NCBI GenBank assembly: GCA_934090795.1
Contig: CAKOJQ010000006.1
Location: 7,927-71,926, forward strand
DNA length: 64,000 nt
Direction: 5' to 3'
Source of the DNA: an uncultured Bacilli bacterium
GTDB taxonomy: Bacteria; Bacillota_I; Bacilli_A; RF39; UBA660
A program made the position numbers and the translations under genes. Positions 8,171-18,095 of this stretch are shown piece after piece; positions within the stretch are counted from its first letter, which is position 1, and each line of letters begins with the position of its first letter. The notes under the pieces are model-generated. The model was not told the DNA's origin, ran no database searches, and saw nothing but the letters and a program-made list of their open reading frames with translations.

Positions 8171-9104
8171 AAATCAAAATAATAATAAAATATTAATTAT
8201 TTCTCATATAGCTGACTGTGATGGAATGGGAAGTGTAATTTTAGGTATTAAATATTTTCAAAATCTTGATTATATATTGTGTGAATCAAGTGATTTAGAA
8301 GAATTACTAAAAGAAGACTTTAGTAGTTATGAACAAATATTTATTTGTGATTTACCATTTTCTAAAGAAACCATAAATGTTATAGAAAATAATAATTATT
8401 TAAAAGAACATCTAAAACATTTTGATCATCATGAATCAAGTATCAGTGATAATACTTATTCGTTTGTAAATGAAGTTATCAGTATTAATGGTTTAAAAGT
8501 ATCAGCAACCTATTTATTTTATCAATATTTAAATTCTTTAAGCAATAAATTAAATAAAAGATTTTATAAGGAATTTGTTGAAGGTGTAAGAGCATATGAT
8601 ATTTGGGATAAAAATGGCAACTTTGAATTAGGTAAGAAAATTACTAATGTTTTTACCCTTATGGAACCAGTTAGTTTTATTAATTATATTTGTTCTTTGG
8701 ATGATAGTAAAGAATTTATGATAACTAAAGAAATTGAAGATTTAATTTTATCTAATGAAAAGAAAATGAATAATTATTTTGAAAAAGCCTATGAAAAAAT
8801 AGTTATAACTGATTATAAAGGTTATAAAATGGCTGTCACTATTAATGAACAATATCGTTCTTTATTAGGTGATTATATTTGTAAAAAAAATAAAGATATT
8901 GATTTTGTTTTAATTATAAATTTTGAGAGACTAAGTTGTTCTTTAAGATGTGAAAAAGATAATGTAGACGTATCAGTAATTGCAAGTGAATTTCACCATA
9001 ATGGTGGAGGACATCCTAAAGCCTCTGGTTTTATATTGGATAAATATTCACTTCCAAAGATAAAAAAATACATAGATTTATACTTACAAAATATTTGTAA
9101 ATAA
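8163..9104 (+). CDS. DHH/DHHA1-family phosphoesterase
   Basis: Motifs ISHIADCDGMGS, FDHHES and HNGGGHPKASGF. The start overlaps the upstream stop by 8 nt. Confidence 0.75.
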   Translation: MIRNQNNNKILIISHIADCDGMGSVILGIKYFQNLDYILCESSDLEELLKEDFSSYEQIFICDLPFSKETINVIENNNYLKEHLKHFDHHESSISDNTYSFVNEVISINGLKVSATYLFYQYLNSLSNKLNKRFYKEFVEGVRAYDIWDKNGNFELGKKITNVFTLMEPVSFINYICSLDDSKEFMITKEIEDLILSNEKKMNNYFEKAYEKIVITDYKGYKMAVTINEQYRSLLGDYICKKNKDIDFVLIINFERLSCSLRCEKDNVDVSVIASEFHHNGGGHPKASGFILDKYSLPKIKKYIDLYLQNICK

Positions 9105-9213
9105 CAAGCCTGGTGACTTCTCAAAGTAAATTATTACCTATGTATAATTTAAATTGTTGTATTTCCTTGACATATATGCTATAGTACGCGATAACAAAAG
9201 GAGAAAATATAAA

Positions 9214-9837
9214 ATGGATAATAAAATGAATCTTTATGAAGCCAGAAAACTATTTAAATTACCAGTTAATTATACATTTGAAGAATTAAAATCATCTTAT
9301 CGTAAATTAATAATTAAATGGCATCCTGATAAATTTGCAACTTCATCACAAGAACAACAGGACTTAGCTGAAAAAATGACCAAACAAATAAATGAAGCAA
9401 ATGAAATACTTATAGAAGAACTAAATAGTCATAGTTTAACTCAAAATGAAAAGAATGAACTAGAAGACGCCCTAAAAAATATAATAAAAACTATATTAAA
9501 TAAATATTTAGATATTAGAAAAAAAGCATTATCTGATTTTTACTTTAATAATTTTACTTTATTTGATGGCTTAGAATCATTTACAAAGAAAGATTTAAAA
9601 GCTGAATTATATTTTTTATATTGTCAATTGCCTGATAATTCTAATTTTATAACTAAAATACTATTAACAGGCTCTATCGAAGAAGCAATTAAATTTTATG
9701 AACAAATCATTTTAGAAGATTATCTACAAAATATTTTTAAAAAACAAGAAATTAGACATTATGCAAATATCTTTATAAATGAATTAGATAAATATACCAA
9801 AAAATATTATAATCAAAACTACAAATCCAAGCATTGA
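9214..9837 (+). CDS. J-domain (DnaJ-like) protein
   Basis: YEARKLFKLPVNYTFEELKSSYRKLIIKWHPDKF contains the HPD motif. Start moved to ATG 9214, behind SD AAAGGAG; the ORF track begins at 9154. Confidence 0.7.
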   Translation: MDNKMNLYEARKLFKLPVNYTFEELKSSYRKLIIKWHPDKFATSSQEQQDLAEKMTKQINEANEILIEELNSHSLTQNEKNELEDALKNIIKTILNKYLDIRKKALSDFYFNNFTLFDGLESFTKKDLKAELYFLYCQLPDNSNFITKILLTGSIEEAIKFYEQIILEDYLQNIFKKQEIRHYANIFINELDKYTKKYYNQNYKSKH

Positions 9838-9860
9838 TACGAATTTATAACACTATGGTG

Positions 9861-9914
9861 AATTCTAAAAGTAAATGACACTGCTATTTCAAAATGTCAT
9901 TTACTATTAGAATT
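9861..9914. repeat. 20-bp inverted repeat with one mismatch and a 14-nt loop
   Basis: AATTCTAAAAGTAAATGACA (9861-9880) pairs with TGTCATTTACTATTAGAATT (9895-9914). Confidence 0.85.
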
Positions 9915-9922
9915 AATAAAAT

Positions 9923-9953
9923 AACAAGCCTATTCATATTTGCTTGTTTTTTT
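9923..9953 (+). terminator. Rho-independent terminator
   Basis: AACAAGC, 12-nt loop, GCTTGTT, then a T run. Confidence 0.6.
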
Positions 9954-9998
9954 ATAAAAAAATGCTATAATATGTGCTATAAAAAAGGGGGATTACTT

Positions 9999-10916
9999 AT
10001 GCCTAAATATATGTCTCATGTAATTATGGGTAAAAGTTTATATGATAAGTGTGAAAAAGATGATAAATTATTTAAATTACCTATTGAAGAAGATAAATTT
10101 AAAATTTGGGCTCTAGGACAAGATTTATCAGGTTTTTCTAATATAGTATGTAGATATGATTCTCATAATCAAAGTTCTCAAGATTTCTTTCTAAAATTAA
10201 TTAATTATATAAAGGAAAATAAACTATATGAAAATTCTGACGTAATGTCTTTCTTATATGGTCATATTTCACATTATTTTTTTGATAGTTTAGCACATCC
10301 ATTTGTTTATTATATAGAAAAAAGTTGTAAACCAGTTAATCATATTTCATCACATAGTATGGTAGAAGGATTTATTGACAATTATTATGCAAAACAAGTG
10401 CTAAATATTGATTATATGCAATTAGCCCCTGATTTTATTGGCAAACTAGATTTATCAGATTCAAAATTAAGAGAAACAATAAGAGATATTTATCTATATA
10501 CATATAATGGTAGATTTGCAGTATTTAGTTGTAAAGTAGTATATGATATTTTTAAAAATACAGAAAAAACTATTAAAGAAAATCCAAAGATTACCAAAGA
10601 GAAATTACTTAATTACAGTAAATTTATAAAATTTTTAGATGTAAATCATTTAGCTGTTTCTGAAATAATTAATAATGCAAATGAGATGTGGACTAATCCA
10701 GTAACTAATGAAAAACATAATGAAAGTTTACTAGAACTTTATAATTTAGCTCTAAATAAAACATTAGAGGCAATTGATTTAGTAAATAGATATATATATG
10801 ATGGAGGAGATATTTCAATTCTTTATCAATTATTTCCAAATTTATCATATGATACTGGAGTAGAGTGTGCTTTAGGAAAACAAATGAAATATGTAAGAAC
10901 AAACAAGATTAAATAG
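9999..10916 (+). CDS. Zinc-dependent phospholipase C-like family protein
   Basis: N-terminal MSHVIMG and central YGHISHYFFDSLAHPFVYY resemble the His-rich metal ligands of small Firmicute Zn-PLC-like proteins (recalled). Start moved to ATG 9999, behind SD AAGGGGG. Confidence 0.5.
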   Translation: MPKYMSHVIMGKSLYDKCEKDDKLFKLPIEEDKFKIWALGQDLSGFSNIVCRYDSHNQSSQDFFLKLINYIKENKLYENSDVMSFLYGHISHYFFDSLAHPFVYYIEKSCKPVNHISSHSMVEGFIDNYYAKQVLNIDYMQLAPDFIGKLDLSDSKLRETIRDIYLYTYNGRFAVFSCKVVYDIFKNTEKTIKENPKITKEKLLNYSKFIKFLDVNHLAVSEIINNANEMWTNPVTNEKHNESLLELYNLALNKTLEAIDLVNRYIYDGGDISILYQLFPNLSYDTGVECALGKQMKYVRTNKIK

Positions 10917-10935
10917 AAATTCGAAGGAACTTATT

Positions 10936-12135
10936 ATGCGTATATATGGATTTTATAATGAATATTCAGGACAAGAAATAGATACTGCGCTTAGAGAATT
11001 AACTGCATCAGAATATCGTCAATTAGGAAATATTTTTGAGGATAAAGGAATCAATTTGTCTAAATACCATGAAGATAGAGAAAATTTCTCTTCAAGTGTT
11101 ATTTTTAAATTTACTAATATTCTTGAACGAAATAGAAAAAATGGTCTAACATCATTTAATCAATTAACAACAAATATTATAAATTTAATTAATTTAGGAA
11201 AAACAAATAGAGAAATATGTGAAAAGTTAAATATAGATTATAAAACTTTATATTTTGAATTAAAAAAAGTTAAAAACTGTAAAAGAAATTATGATAGAGA
11301 ATATTTTTACGATGGAAAAATTATAAGTAATGGAAATCAAAAAAATAAATATGGTAAAGGAAATACTTTAAATATAGGTTATAATAATACTTTAAGATTT
11401 CTTGTTATATCTGATTTCCATTATGGAAATAGCCTAGAAAATGTTGATGCAGTTAATAGAGCGTTTAATTATGCTAAAAAAAGAGGAATAAATGTAATTT
11501 TAGCTTGTGGTGATTTTATTGATGGAGCATTTTCTAAAGGAAAGCAAATCATAGAAAGATACTTTAAACAATTTGAACATTTTGCTTTAGATTACCCCTA
11601 TGATAAGGATATAATTACATTTGGTGTTGGTGGAAATCATGATTACAGTGTTAAATTTACAGATGACTTTGATTTTATAAAATTTTGTAGTATGTATCGA
11701 GATGATATAATAATTGATAATTATGGAAATAGTTTTCTTAACATAGGCAAAGAAACTATTCAAATGCATCATGAAATTAAAGGTTTTCCAAAATTAGAAA
11801 GTTCTTCTAAAATTATTTTAAATGGACATATTCATAAATATGATATTAAACAAGTTAAAGATAATCATAGTCTAAATATATATATACCAACCATTTCAAA
11901 TTTAATTCAAACTGTTCCTGAAGCATTAGAAATAGAATTAAGTTTAAATAATGAAATAATTGAAAATATCAATATTAAAGAAATATGTTTTGGAAACAGG
12001 GATATTATCTTAAGTGAAAAAGAATTTTATTTTAATAAAAATAATGAATCAAAAATAGAAGATCAACCTAAAGTAAAAGAATTAGAAAAAAGAAGTTCTC
12101 AAATTGATAAATTTAATAAAAGATATGGTTTATAA
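10936..12135 (+). CDS. Calcineurin-like metallophosphoesterase with an N-terminal extension
   Basis: Motifs VISDFHYGN, ACGDFIDG, GGNHD and NGHIH. Confidence 0.7.
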   Translation: MRIYGFYNEYSGQEIDTALRELTASEYRQLGNIFEDKGINLSKYHEDRENFSSSVIFKFTNILERNRKNGLTSFNQLTTNIINLINLGKTNREICEKLNIDYKTLYFELKKVKNCKRNYDREYFYDGKIISNGNQKNKYGKGNTLNIGYNNTLRFLVISDFHYGNSLENVDAVNRAFNYAKKRGINVILACGDFIDGAFSKGKQIIERYFKQFEHFALDYPYDKDIITFGVGGNHDYSVKFTDDFDFIKFCSMYRDDIIIDNYGNSFLNIGKETIQMHHEIKGFPKLESSSKIILNGHIHKYDIKQVKDNHSLNIYIPTISNLIQTVPEALEIELSLNNEIIENINIKEICFGNRDIILSEKEFYFNKNNESKIEDQPKVKELEKRSSQIDKFNKRYGL

Positions 12136-12142
12136 AATATCG

Positions 12143-12169
12143 AAATCTCAAAATTTTTGAGATTTTTTT
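12143..12169 (+). terminator. Rho-independent terminator
   Basis: AAATCTCAAA-att-TTTGAGATTT followed by TTTT. Confidence 0.7.
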
Positions 12170-12315
12170 AAAAGTTTATGTTATAGTTATTAAAGAATAG
12201 GATTGAGGCTGTGTGAGAAAGTATAATTTGGAACTTATATTATCTTTTTTAATTATATTAATTTGCCTTGTTTTAGGTTATATCATAGCTAGATCTTTAA
12301 TTTAGGAGAATGATT

Positions 12316-14655
12316 ATGGATAATGAATTTAAAGTGTTAGATGAATATTTTAGAGTAGTTAATTACTTATCGTGTGCAATGATTTATTTAAAAAGTAATG
12401 TTTTACTTAGAACCCCTTTAGAATTGGATGATATTAAAAAGAAATTAGTGGGACACTGGGGAAGTGCACCAGGACAAAATTTTATTTATGCTCATTTAAA
12501 TAGAGTTATCAACAAGTATGATTTAAACATGATTTATATTTCAGGACCCGGTCATAGTGGTCAAGCTATGGTTGCTAATTCTTATATTGAAGGAACTTAT
12601 AGTGAATTTTATCCAGAAGTAACTAATGATTTAGAGGGATTAAATAAGTTATGTAAAAGTTTTAGTTTTCCAGGAGGACTTCCTTCTCATGTTGCGCCAA
12701 ATGTTCCAGGATCTATTAATGAAGGTGGGGAACTTGGTTATAGCTTAGCTCATGCTTATGGTGCTGTTTTAGATAATCCTAAGTTGATTGCGACTTGTGT
12801 GATTGGTGATGGAGAAGCAGAAACTGGTCCTCTTGCAGCTTCTTGGCAAATAAATAAATTAATTAATCCAATTACTGATGGTGCTGTTTTACCGATATTA
12901 CATTTAAATGGTTATAAGATTGCTAATCCAACTATTTTAGCAAGAATTAGTGAAAAAGAGCTTATTAGTTATTTTGAAGGAATGGGATATCATCCGTATA
13001 TTGTTAGTGGTTCTAAAGTAAGTGATATGCATAAATTAATGGCAGAAGCGATGGATAAAGTTATTTTAGAAATTAAAACTATTCAAAGTAAAGCTAAATT
13101 AAGTAATAATAGTAAGAGACCTTACTGGCCAATGATTATTTTAAAAACTCCTAAAGGATGGACAGGAATTAAAGAATATAATGGATTAAAGATAGAAGGT
13201 TCATTTAGGTCCCATCAAGTTCCTATTAACGTGAGTGATGCTAATCCGGATAATTTAAAGTTATTAGAGAAGTGGCTTAAGAGCTATAAAGTAGATGATT
13301 TGTTTGATGCTAGTGGTAGGGTAATTAAGGAAATAAGAGATTTTGTTCCTAAAAAAGATAAAAGAATGAGTGCAAGTAAATATGCTAATGGGGGATTACT
13401 TCTTAAGGATTTAAAATTACCTGATTATAAAGATTATGCTGTTAAATTTGATGGTCATGGAACTGTTGTGGCAAGCGATATGTTAAATTTAGGCACTTAT
13501 TTAATGGATGTTATAAAGAAAAATGATAATTTTAGGATTTTTGGACCTGATGAAGCATTATCTAATAGATTTAATGATGTTTTTAAGGTTACTAATAGAA
13601 AATGGAATGGTCAGTTACTTTCTAGTGATGAATATTTAGCAGCAAATGGTAAGGTTATTGATAGTATTTTATCAGAACATGTTTGTGAAGGCTTATTAGA
13701 AGGTTATTTATTAACTGGTAGACATGGCTTAATGCATAGTTATGAAGCATTTATAAGAATTGTAGATTCTATGGCTAGTCAACATGCTAAATGGCTTAAA
13801 ATGTGTAAGGAAATTCCTTGGAGAAGTGATATAGCAAGTTTAAATTATATTTTAACTAGTCATTGCTGGCAACAAGATCATAATGGTTTTACTCATCAAG
13901 ATCCTGGATTTATTAATCATTTAGTTACTAAAAAAGCCGATACTGTTAGAATTTATTTACCAATAGATGCTAATACGTTACTTTCTTGTACTAACCATAT
14001 TTTACAAACTAAAAATTATATTAATTTAATTATTGCTTCTAAGCATCCTTCTTATCAGTGGCTTAATATGGAAGAAGCAAGTAAACACTGTGCTAATGGG
14101 ATAGGTATATTTGACTGGGCAAGTGATAATAATCCAGATATAGTTATGGCTTGTGCTGGTGATACGCCAACAGTTGAAGTTCTTGCGGCAACTCAGATTA
14201 TGAAAGAATATATTCCTGAACTTAAAATAAGAGTTGTTAATGTTATTGATTTAATGAAATTACAATCTGATTGTGATCATCCTCATGGATTATCTAATGA
14301 TGAATATAATAAATTATTTACTAAAGATAAACCTATCATATTCGCATTTCATGGATATCCTCACTTGATTCATCAACTTACTTATAAGAGATGTAATCAA
14401 AATATGCATGTTCATGGTTATATTGAAGAAGGAACTATTACAACACCTTTTGATATGAGAGTATTAAATAAATTAGATAGATATCATTTAATTTTAGATG
14501 CTATGAAGTATGTTAAGGTTAATAAGAGTAAGAAACAAGCACTTATTAATAAATGCGAAGAAACTTTAAAATATCATAATGAGTATATTAAAGAAAATGG
14601 GGTAGATATACCTGAAGTAGTTAATTTTAAATGGAATAGAGAAGACACTAAGTAG
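12316..14655 (+). CDS. xfp: Xylulose-5-phosphate/fructose-6-phosphate phosphoketolase
   Basis: GHWGSAPGQNFIYAHLNR, INEGGELGYSLAHAYGA, GDGEAETGPLA and HCWQQDHNGFTHQDPGF are hallmark phosphoketolase blocks. ATG 12316 has better spacing to AGGAG than 12310. Confidence 0.9.
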   Translation: MDNEFKVLDEYFRVVNYLSCAMIYLKSNVLLRTPLELDDIKKKLVGHWGSAPGQNFIYAHLNRVINKYDLNMIYISGPGHSGQAMVANSYIEGTYSEFYPEVTNDLEGLNKLCKSFSFPGGLPSHVAPNVPGSINEGGELGYSLAHAYGAVLDNPKLIATCVIGDGEAETGPLAASWQINKLINPITDGAVLPILHLNGYKIANPTILARISEKELISYFEGMGYHPYIVSGSKVSDMHKLMAEAMDKVILEIKTIQSKAKLSNNSKRPYWPMIILKTPKGWTGIKEYNGLKIEGSFRSHQVPINVSDANPDNLKLLEKWLKSYKVDDLFDASGRVIKEIRDFVPKKDKRMSASKYANGGLLLKDLKLPDYKDYAVKFDGHGTVVASDMLNLGTYLMDVIKKNDNFRIFGPDEALSNRFNDVFKVTNRKWNGQLLSSDEYLAANGKVIDSILSEHVCEGLLEGYLLTGRHGLMHSYEAFIRIVDSMASQHAKWLKMCKEIPWRSDIASLNYILTSHCWQQDHNGFTHQDPGFINHLVTKKADTVRIYLPIDANTLLSCTNHILQTKNYINLIIASKHPSYQWLNMEEASKHCANGIGIFDWASDNNPDIVMACAGDTPTVEVLAATQIMKEYIPELKIRVVNVIDLMKLQSDCDHPHGLSNDEYNKLFTKDKPIIFAFHGYPHLIHQLTYKRCNQNMHVHGYIEEGTITTPFDMRVLNKLDRYHLILDAMKYVKVNKSKKQALINKCEETLKYHNEYIKENGVDIPEVVNFKWNREDTK

Positions 14656-14671
14656 GTGTTTTCTTTTTTTT
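14641..14671 (+). terminator. Rho-independent terminator of xfp
   Basis: GAAGACAC, 7-nt loop, GTGTTTTC, then T8. Overlaps the stop codon. Confidence 0.6.
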
Positions 14672-14831
14672 AAATCTTTTTCGGAAATTCGTGTTTTATC
14701 AATTGATATGGCAAAACTATTATGTTATTATATATAACAAGAAATGGATAATTTAAATGGAAGGTATTATTAATACAAGAAAAAGAAAAGCAAAAATAAA
14801 AGGAGTTATGTTAGAAATCATCGAATAATAT

Positions 14832-15194
14832 ATGATTGATTTAAATACTGGTAATGAAATAAATAATCATAAACTTGATATGGAAAATGATAAAAAATTA
14901 GTTGATGCATATAAAGAAGAAAAGGAATTATTAACTTCTAATGAAATTAAAGAAATTAGAAATATGTATGATATGACTCAAAAAGAGTATGCTTTTGCCC
15001 TAGGAATGGGAGAGATTTCAATTCATAGATTAGAAAAAACTTTTATTCAATCTGATGAAACTGATTCTTTAATGAGATTAAGAGGTGATCTATCTATTAT
15101 GCCTAAACTACTTAAGATTAACAAATCTCGCTTTGAAGAGGATGTTTATAATAGATTAACAAATAAATGTGAAGAATTAGTTGGCGATAAATAA
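14832..15194 (+). CDS. XRE-type helix-turn-helix protein (antitoxin/repressor-like)
   Basis: LTSNEIKEIRNMYDMTQKEYAFALGMGEISIHRLEK is a typical XRE/MqsA-type HTH. No zinc-finger cysteines. Confidence 0.6.
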   Translation: MIDLNTGNEINNHKLDMENDKKLVDAYKEEKELLTSNEIKEIRNMYDMTQKEYAFALGMGEISIHRLEKTFIQSDETDSLMRLRGDLSIMPKLLKINKSRFEEDVYNRLTNKCEELVGDK

Positions 15195-15219
15195 TTATAG
15201 TTTAAATTAGGGAGGAACA

Positions 15220-16047
15220 ATGGATACACTAGAAAAATATAATGAAAAAAATTTTGAAGATATAAAACATATTGATGAATATGGTAATGAATATTGGTAT
15301 GCACGTGAGTTGCAAACAATGCTTGGCTATAAAGAATGGAGATTATTTTCAGCAGTAATTGAGAAGGCTCAGATTGCTTGTTCGCAAAGCAATAACTTTA
15401 TAAATTCCAATTTTGGAGTTTACCCCAAAATTGTAAAAACAGGGGTTTCTACTAAGAATATAATTGATTACAAGCTAAGTAGATATGCTTGTTATTTAAT
15501 CGTACAAAATGCAAATCCAAAGTTCGAAGCAGTAGCACTTGGTCAAACTTATTTTGCAATTCAAACAAGAAAACAAGAATTAACTGAAAAAGAATATTCT
15601 AAGTTAACTGAAGATGAAAAAAGATTATATAGGCGAAAACAAACAAAAGATGGAAATAAAATACTTTATAAAATTGCAAGAGAAAAAGGTGTAAAAAAAT
15701 TTGATATATTTACAAATGCTGGTTATAAAGGATTATATAATGGTGAAACTGCCGATGATATAGCAAAAAGAAAAGGACTAAGATATAGAGAAGATATACT
15801 TGATAATATGGGAAGCGTTGAGTTAGGTGCAAATATTTTTAGAATAACGCAAACAGAAGCACTACTTGAAAAACAAGAAAAGCCAAATGAACAAGTTGCT
15901 ACAAATACTCATTATAAAGTTGGTAAAGCTGTAAGAGATACGATTAAAAATCTTGGCGGTACGATGCCTGAAGATTTGCCAACACCCAAAAAATCATTAA
16001 AAGAAATCGAAAAAGAAGAAATAAAAAAATTTAAAGAAAATAATTAA
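15220..16047 (+). CDS. dinD: DNA-damage-inducible protein D
   Basis: Collinear with E. coli DinD as I recall it: WYARELQTMLGYKEWRLF, LSRYACYLIVQNANPK, LGQTYFAIQTRKQEL, EDEKRLY, HMGSVELGANIFRITQTE and VRDTIKNLGGTMPEDLPTP. Confidence 0.8.
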   Translation: MDTLEKYNEKNFEDIKHIDEYGNEYWYARELQTMLGYKEWRLFSAVIEKAQIACSQSNNFINSNFGVYPKIVKTGVSTKNIIDYKLSRYACYLIVQNANPKFEAVALGQTYFAIQTRKQELTEKEYSKLTEDEKRLYRRKQTKDGNKILYKIAREKGVKKFDIFTNAGYKGLYNGETADDIAKRKGLRYREDILDNMGSVELGANIFRITQTEALLEKQEKPNEQVATNTHYKVGKAVRDTIKNLGGTMPEDLPTPKKSLKEIEKEEIKKFKENN

Positions 16048-16054
16048 TTATTAT

Positions 16055-16089
16055 ATCATTTTGTCTACTTCGACAAAATGATTGTTATT
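16055..16089 (+). terminator. Terminator after dinD
   Basis: 11-bp stem ATCATTTTGTC / GACAAAATGAT with a 6-nt loop and a T-rich tail. Confidence 0.55.
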
Positions 16090-16104
16090 AATAAAAAAAT
16101 ATTA

Positions 16105-16133
16105 TTGTTATATAAACAAATGTTTGATATAAT
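16105..16133 (+). promoter_or_regulatory. Promoter with a palindromic operator (SOS-box-like) in the spacer
   Basis: TTGTTA (16105-16110), 17-nt spacer, TATAAT (16128-16133). The spacer contains AAACAAATGTTT (16114-16125), i.e. AAAC-N4-GTTT, close to the Gram-positive LexA box GAAC-N4-GTTC. Confidence 0.55.
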
Positions 16134-16139
16134 TTAATT

Positions 16140-17648
16140 GTGATTGATATGAATAGATATTATATGTGTATTGATTTAAAAAGCTTTTATGCATCAGTTG
16201 AATGTGTTGAAAGAAACTTGAATCCCTTAAATACCAATTTAGTTGTTGCTGATAAAAGTAGAACTGAAAAGACAGTATGTCTTGCTATAACTCCTAGTTT
16301 AAAACAATATGGATTAGGAGGTAGAGCAAGATTATTTGAGGTTGTTCAAAAAATTAGAGAAGTAAATAATCAAAGAAGAAAAGAAAATAATTATAGACAA
16401 TTTAGAGGTAAATCTTATCTTGATAGTGAACTTAAAAATAATAAAACTTTAGAACTAGATTATATAATAGCAACTCCCAAAATGAAAAAATATATGTTTT
16501 ATAGTACTAAAATATATAATATTTATTTAAAATATTTAGCACCAGAAGATATATTTCCCTATTCAATAGATGAAGTATTTTGTGATATTACAAATTATTT
16601 AAAATTTTATAAAAAAACACCTGAGGAACTCGCAACAACTATTATTAAAGATGTTTATAACGAAACAGGGATAACAGCAACAGCAGGAATAGGAACTAAT
16701 ATGTATTTAGCTAAAATTGCAATGGATATAGTCGCTAAACATATGAAACCAAATGAAATTGGAGTAAGAATGGCATCTTTAGATGAAATGTCTTATCGAA
16801 AAATTTTGTGGGATCATAAACCATTAACTTCTTTTTGGCGAGTTGGAAAAGGTATTGCTAAAAAGTTAGAAGAAAATGGAATGTATACAATGGGCGATGT
16901 AGCATTAATGTCCATTAAAAATGAAAACTATTTATATAATTTGTTTGGAGTTAATGCGGAGTTATTAATAGACCATGCTTGGGGTTATGAGCCGACAACA
17001 ATAGAGGATGTAAAAAAATATAAACCAGAAGCAAGTAGCTTATCTTCAGGACAAGTATTACATCGTCCCTATAATTATGATGAATCAAAGTTAATTGTTA
17101 GAGAAATGATTGATTCTTTAGCGCTTGATTTAACAGAAAAAGAATTAACAACAAGGCAAATAGTTTTAGATTTAACTTATGATGTTTCAAATTTAACTAA
17201 TCCAGAAATAAGAAATAAATATGATGGACCAATAACCAAAGATAATTATGGAAGATATGTGCCTAAAAATGCTCATGGAACAATTAATTTAGATTATTAT
17301 ACTTATTCAAGTAAGATATTATCTGAAAAGTGTATTCAGTTATATGATGAAATAGTTAATAAAAATCTATTAATAAGAAAAATAAATATTACAGTATGTA
17401 ATTTAAAACCAGAAAATAAAACCAAAAATGATTTAGTGTTTGAACAATTAGATTTATTTAATACGTTAGATAAAACATTAGAAAAAGAAGAGACTAAAAA
17501 ACATCAAGAAGATGATAAAAAATTACAACATGCAATTATTGATATAAAAAATAAATTTGGAAAGAACTCAATTCTTAAAGGAATGAATTTAGAAGAAGGA
17601 TCAACCGCTATTGACCGAAATAGAGAAGTAGGAGGACATAAAGGATAA
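16140..17648 (+). CDS. Y-family (UmuC/UvrX/YqjW-like) translesion DNA polymerase
   Basis: N-terminus MCIDLKSFYASVECVERNLNP..LVVAD, then YSIDEVFCDIT, GITATAGIGTNMYLAKIAMD and FWRVGKGIAKKL. The start is GTG 16140 or ATG 16149, both within about 7-16 nt of the -10 box and without an SD. Confidence 0.85.
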   Translation: MIDMNRYYMCIDLKSFYASVECVERNLNPLNTNLVVADKSRTEKTVCLAITPSLKQYGLGGRARLFEVVQKIREVNNQRRKENNYRQFRGKSYLDSELKNNKTLELDYIIATPKMKKYMFYSTKIYNIYLKYLAPEDIFPYSIDEVFCDITNYLKFYKKTPEELATTIIKDVYNETGITATAGIGTNMYLAKIAMDIVAKHMKPNEIGVRMASLDEMSYRKILWDHKPLTSFWRVGKGIAKKLEENGMYTMGDVALMSIKNENYLYNLFGVNAELLIDHAWGYEPTTIEDVKKYKPEASSLSSGQVLHRPYNYDESKLIVREMIDSLALDLTEKELTTRQIVLDLTYDVSNLTNPEIRNKYDGPITKDNYGRYVPKNAHGTINLDYYTYSSKILSEKCIQLYDEIVNKNLLIRKINITVCNLKPENKTKNDLVFEQLDLFNTLDKTLEKEETKKHQEDDKKLQHAIIDIKNKFGKNSILKGMNLEEGSTAIDRNREVGGHKG

Positions 17649-18049
17649 TGAACAAATACGAAGATATTATTAATCTACCTCATTATGAACCTAAGTATCA
17701 TTCTAGAATGAGTATAGATAAAAGAGCTGGACAATTTGCCCCTTTTGCAGCCTTAACTGGCTATGATGAAGAAATAGAAGAAACAGCTAGATTAACAACA
17801 AGAAAGCATATTTTAGATGAAGAAAGTGTTGATAAACTTAATGAGAATTTAAATATAATAAATGAAAATGTTAATAAACATTTGGAAATTAAGATTACTT
17901 ATTTTATAGCTGATTTAAAAAAAGAAGGCGGAAAATATATAAATAAAACTGGTAAAGTTAAATCACTAGATTTAGTTAATGGATATATTAAAATGATTGA
18001 TAATGAAAAAATTTATTTAGATGATATAACTGAAATTGTAATTTTATAA
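17648..18049 (+). CDS. YolD-like protein (accessory factor of Y-family polymerases)
   Basis: RAGQFAPFAALTGYDE is the YolD-like signature. TAATG overlap with the polymerase gene, as in B. subtilis uvrX-yolD and yqjW-yqzH. Confidence 0.7.
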   Translation: MNKYEDIINLPHYEPKYHSRMSIDKRAGQFAPFAALTGYDEEIEETARLTTRKHILDEESVDKLNENLNIINENVNKHLEIKITYFIADLKKEGGKYINKTGKVKSLDLVNGYIKMIDNEKIYLDDITEIVIL

Positions 18050-18095
18050 TGTTTAAATATTTGATATAATTATTTTGAAATGGAGGCTAATGAGA

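Noticed and set aside
9103-9115. 13-nt identity AAATAACAAGCCT shared by 9103-9115 and 9918-9930
   Set aside because: Matches of this length are expected by chance many times in 64 kb of AT-biased sequence. The flanks do not align.
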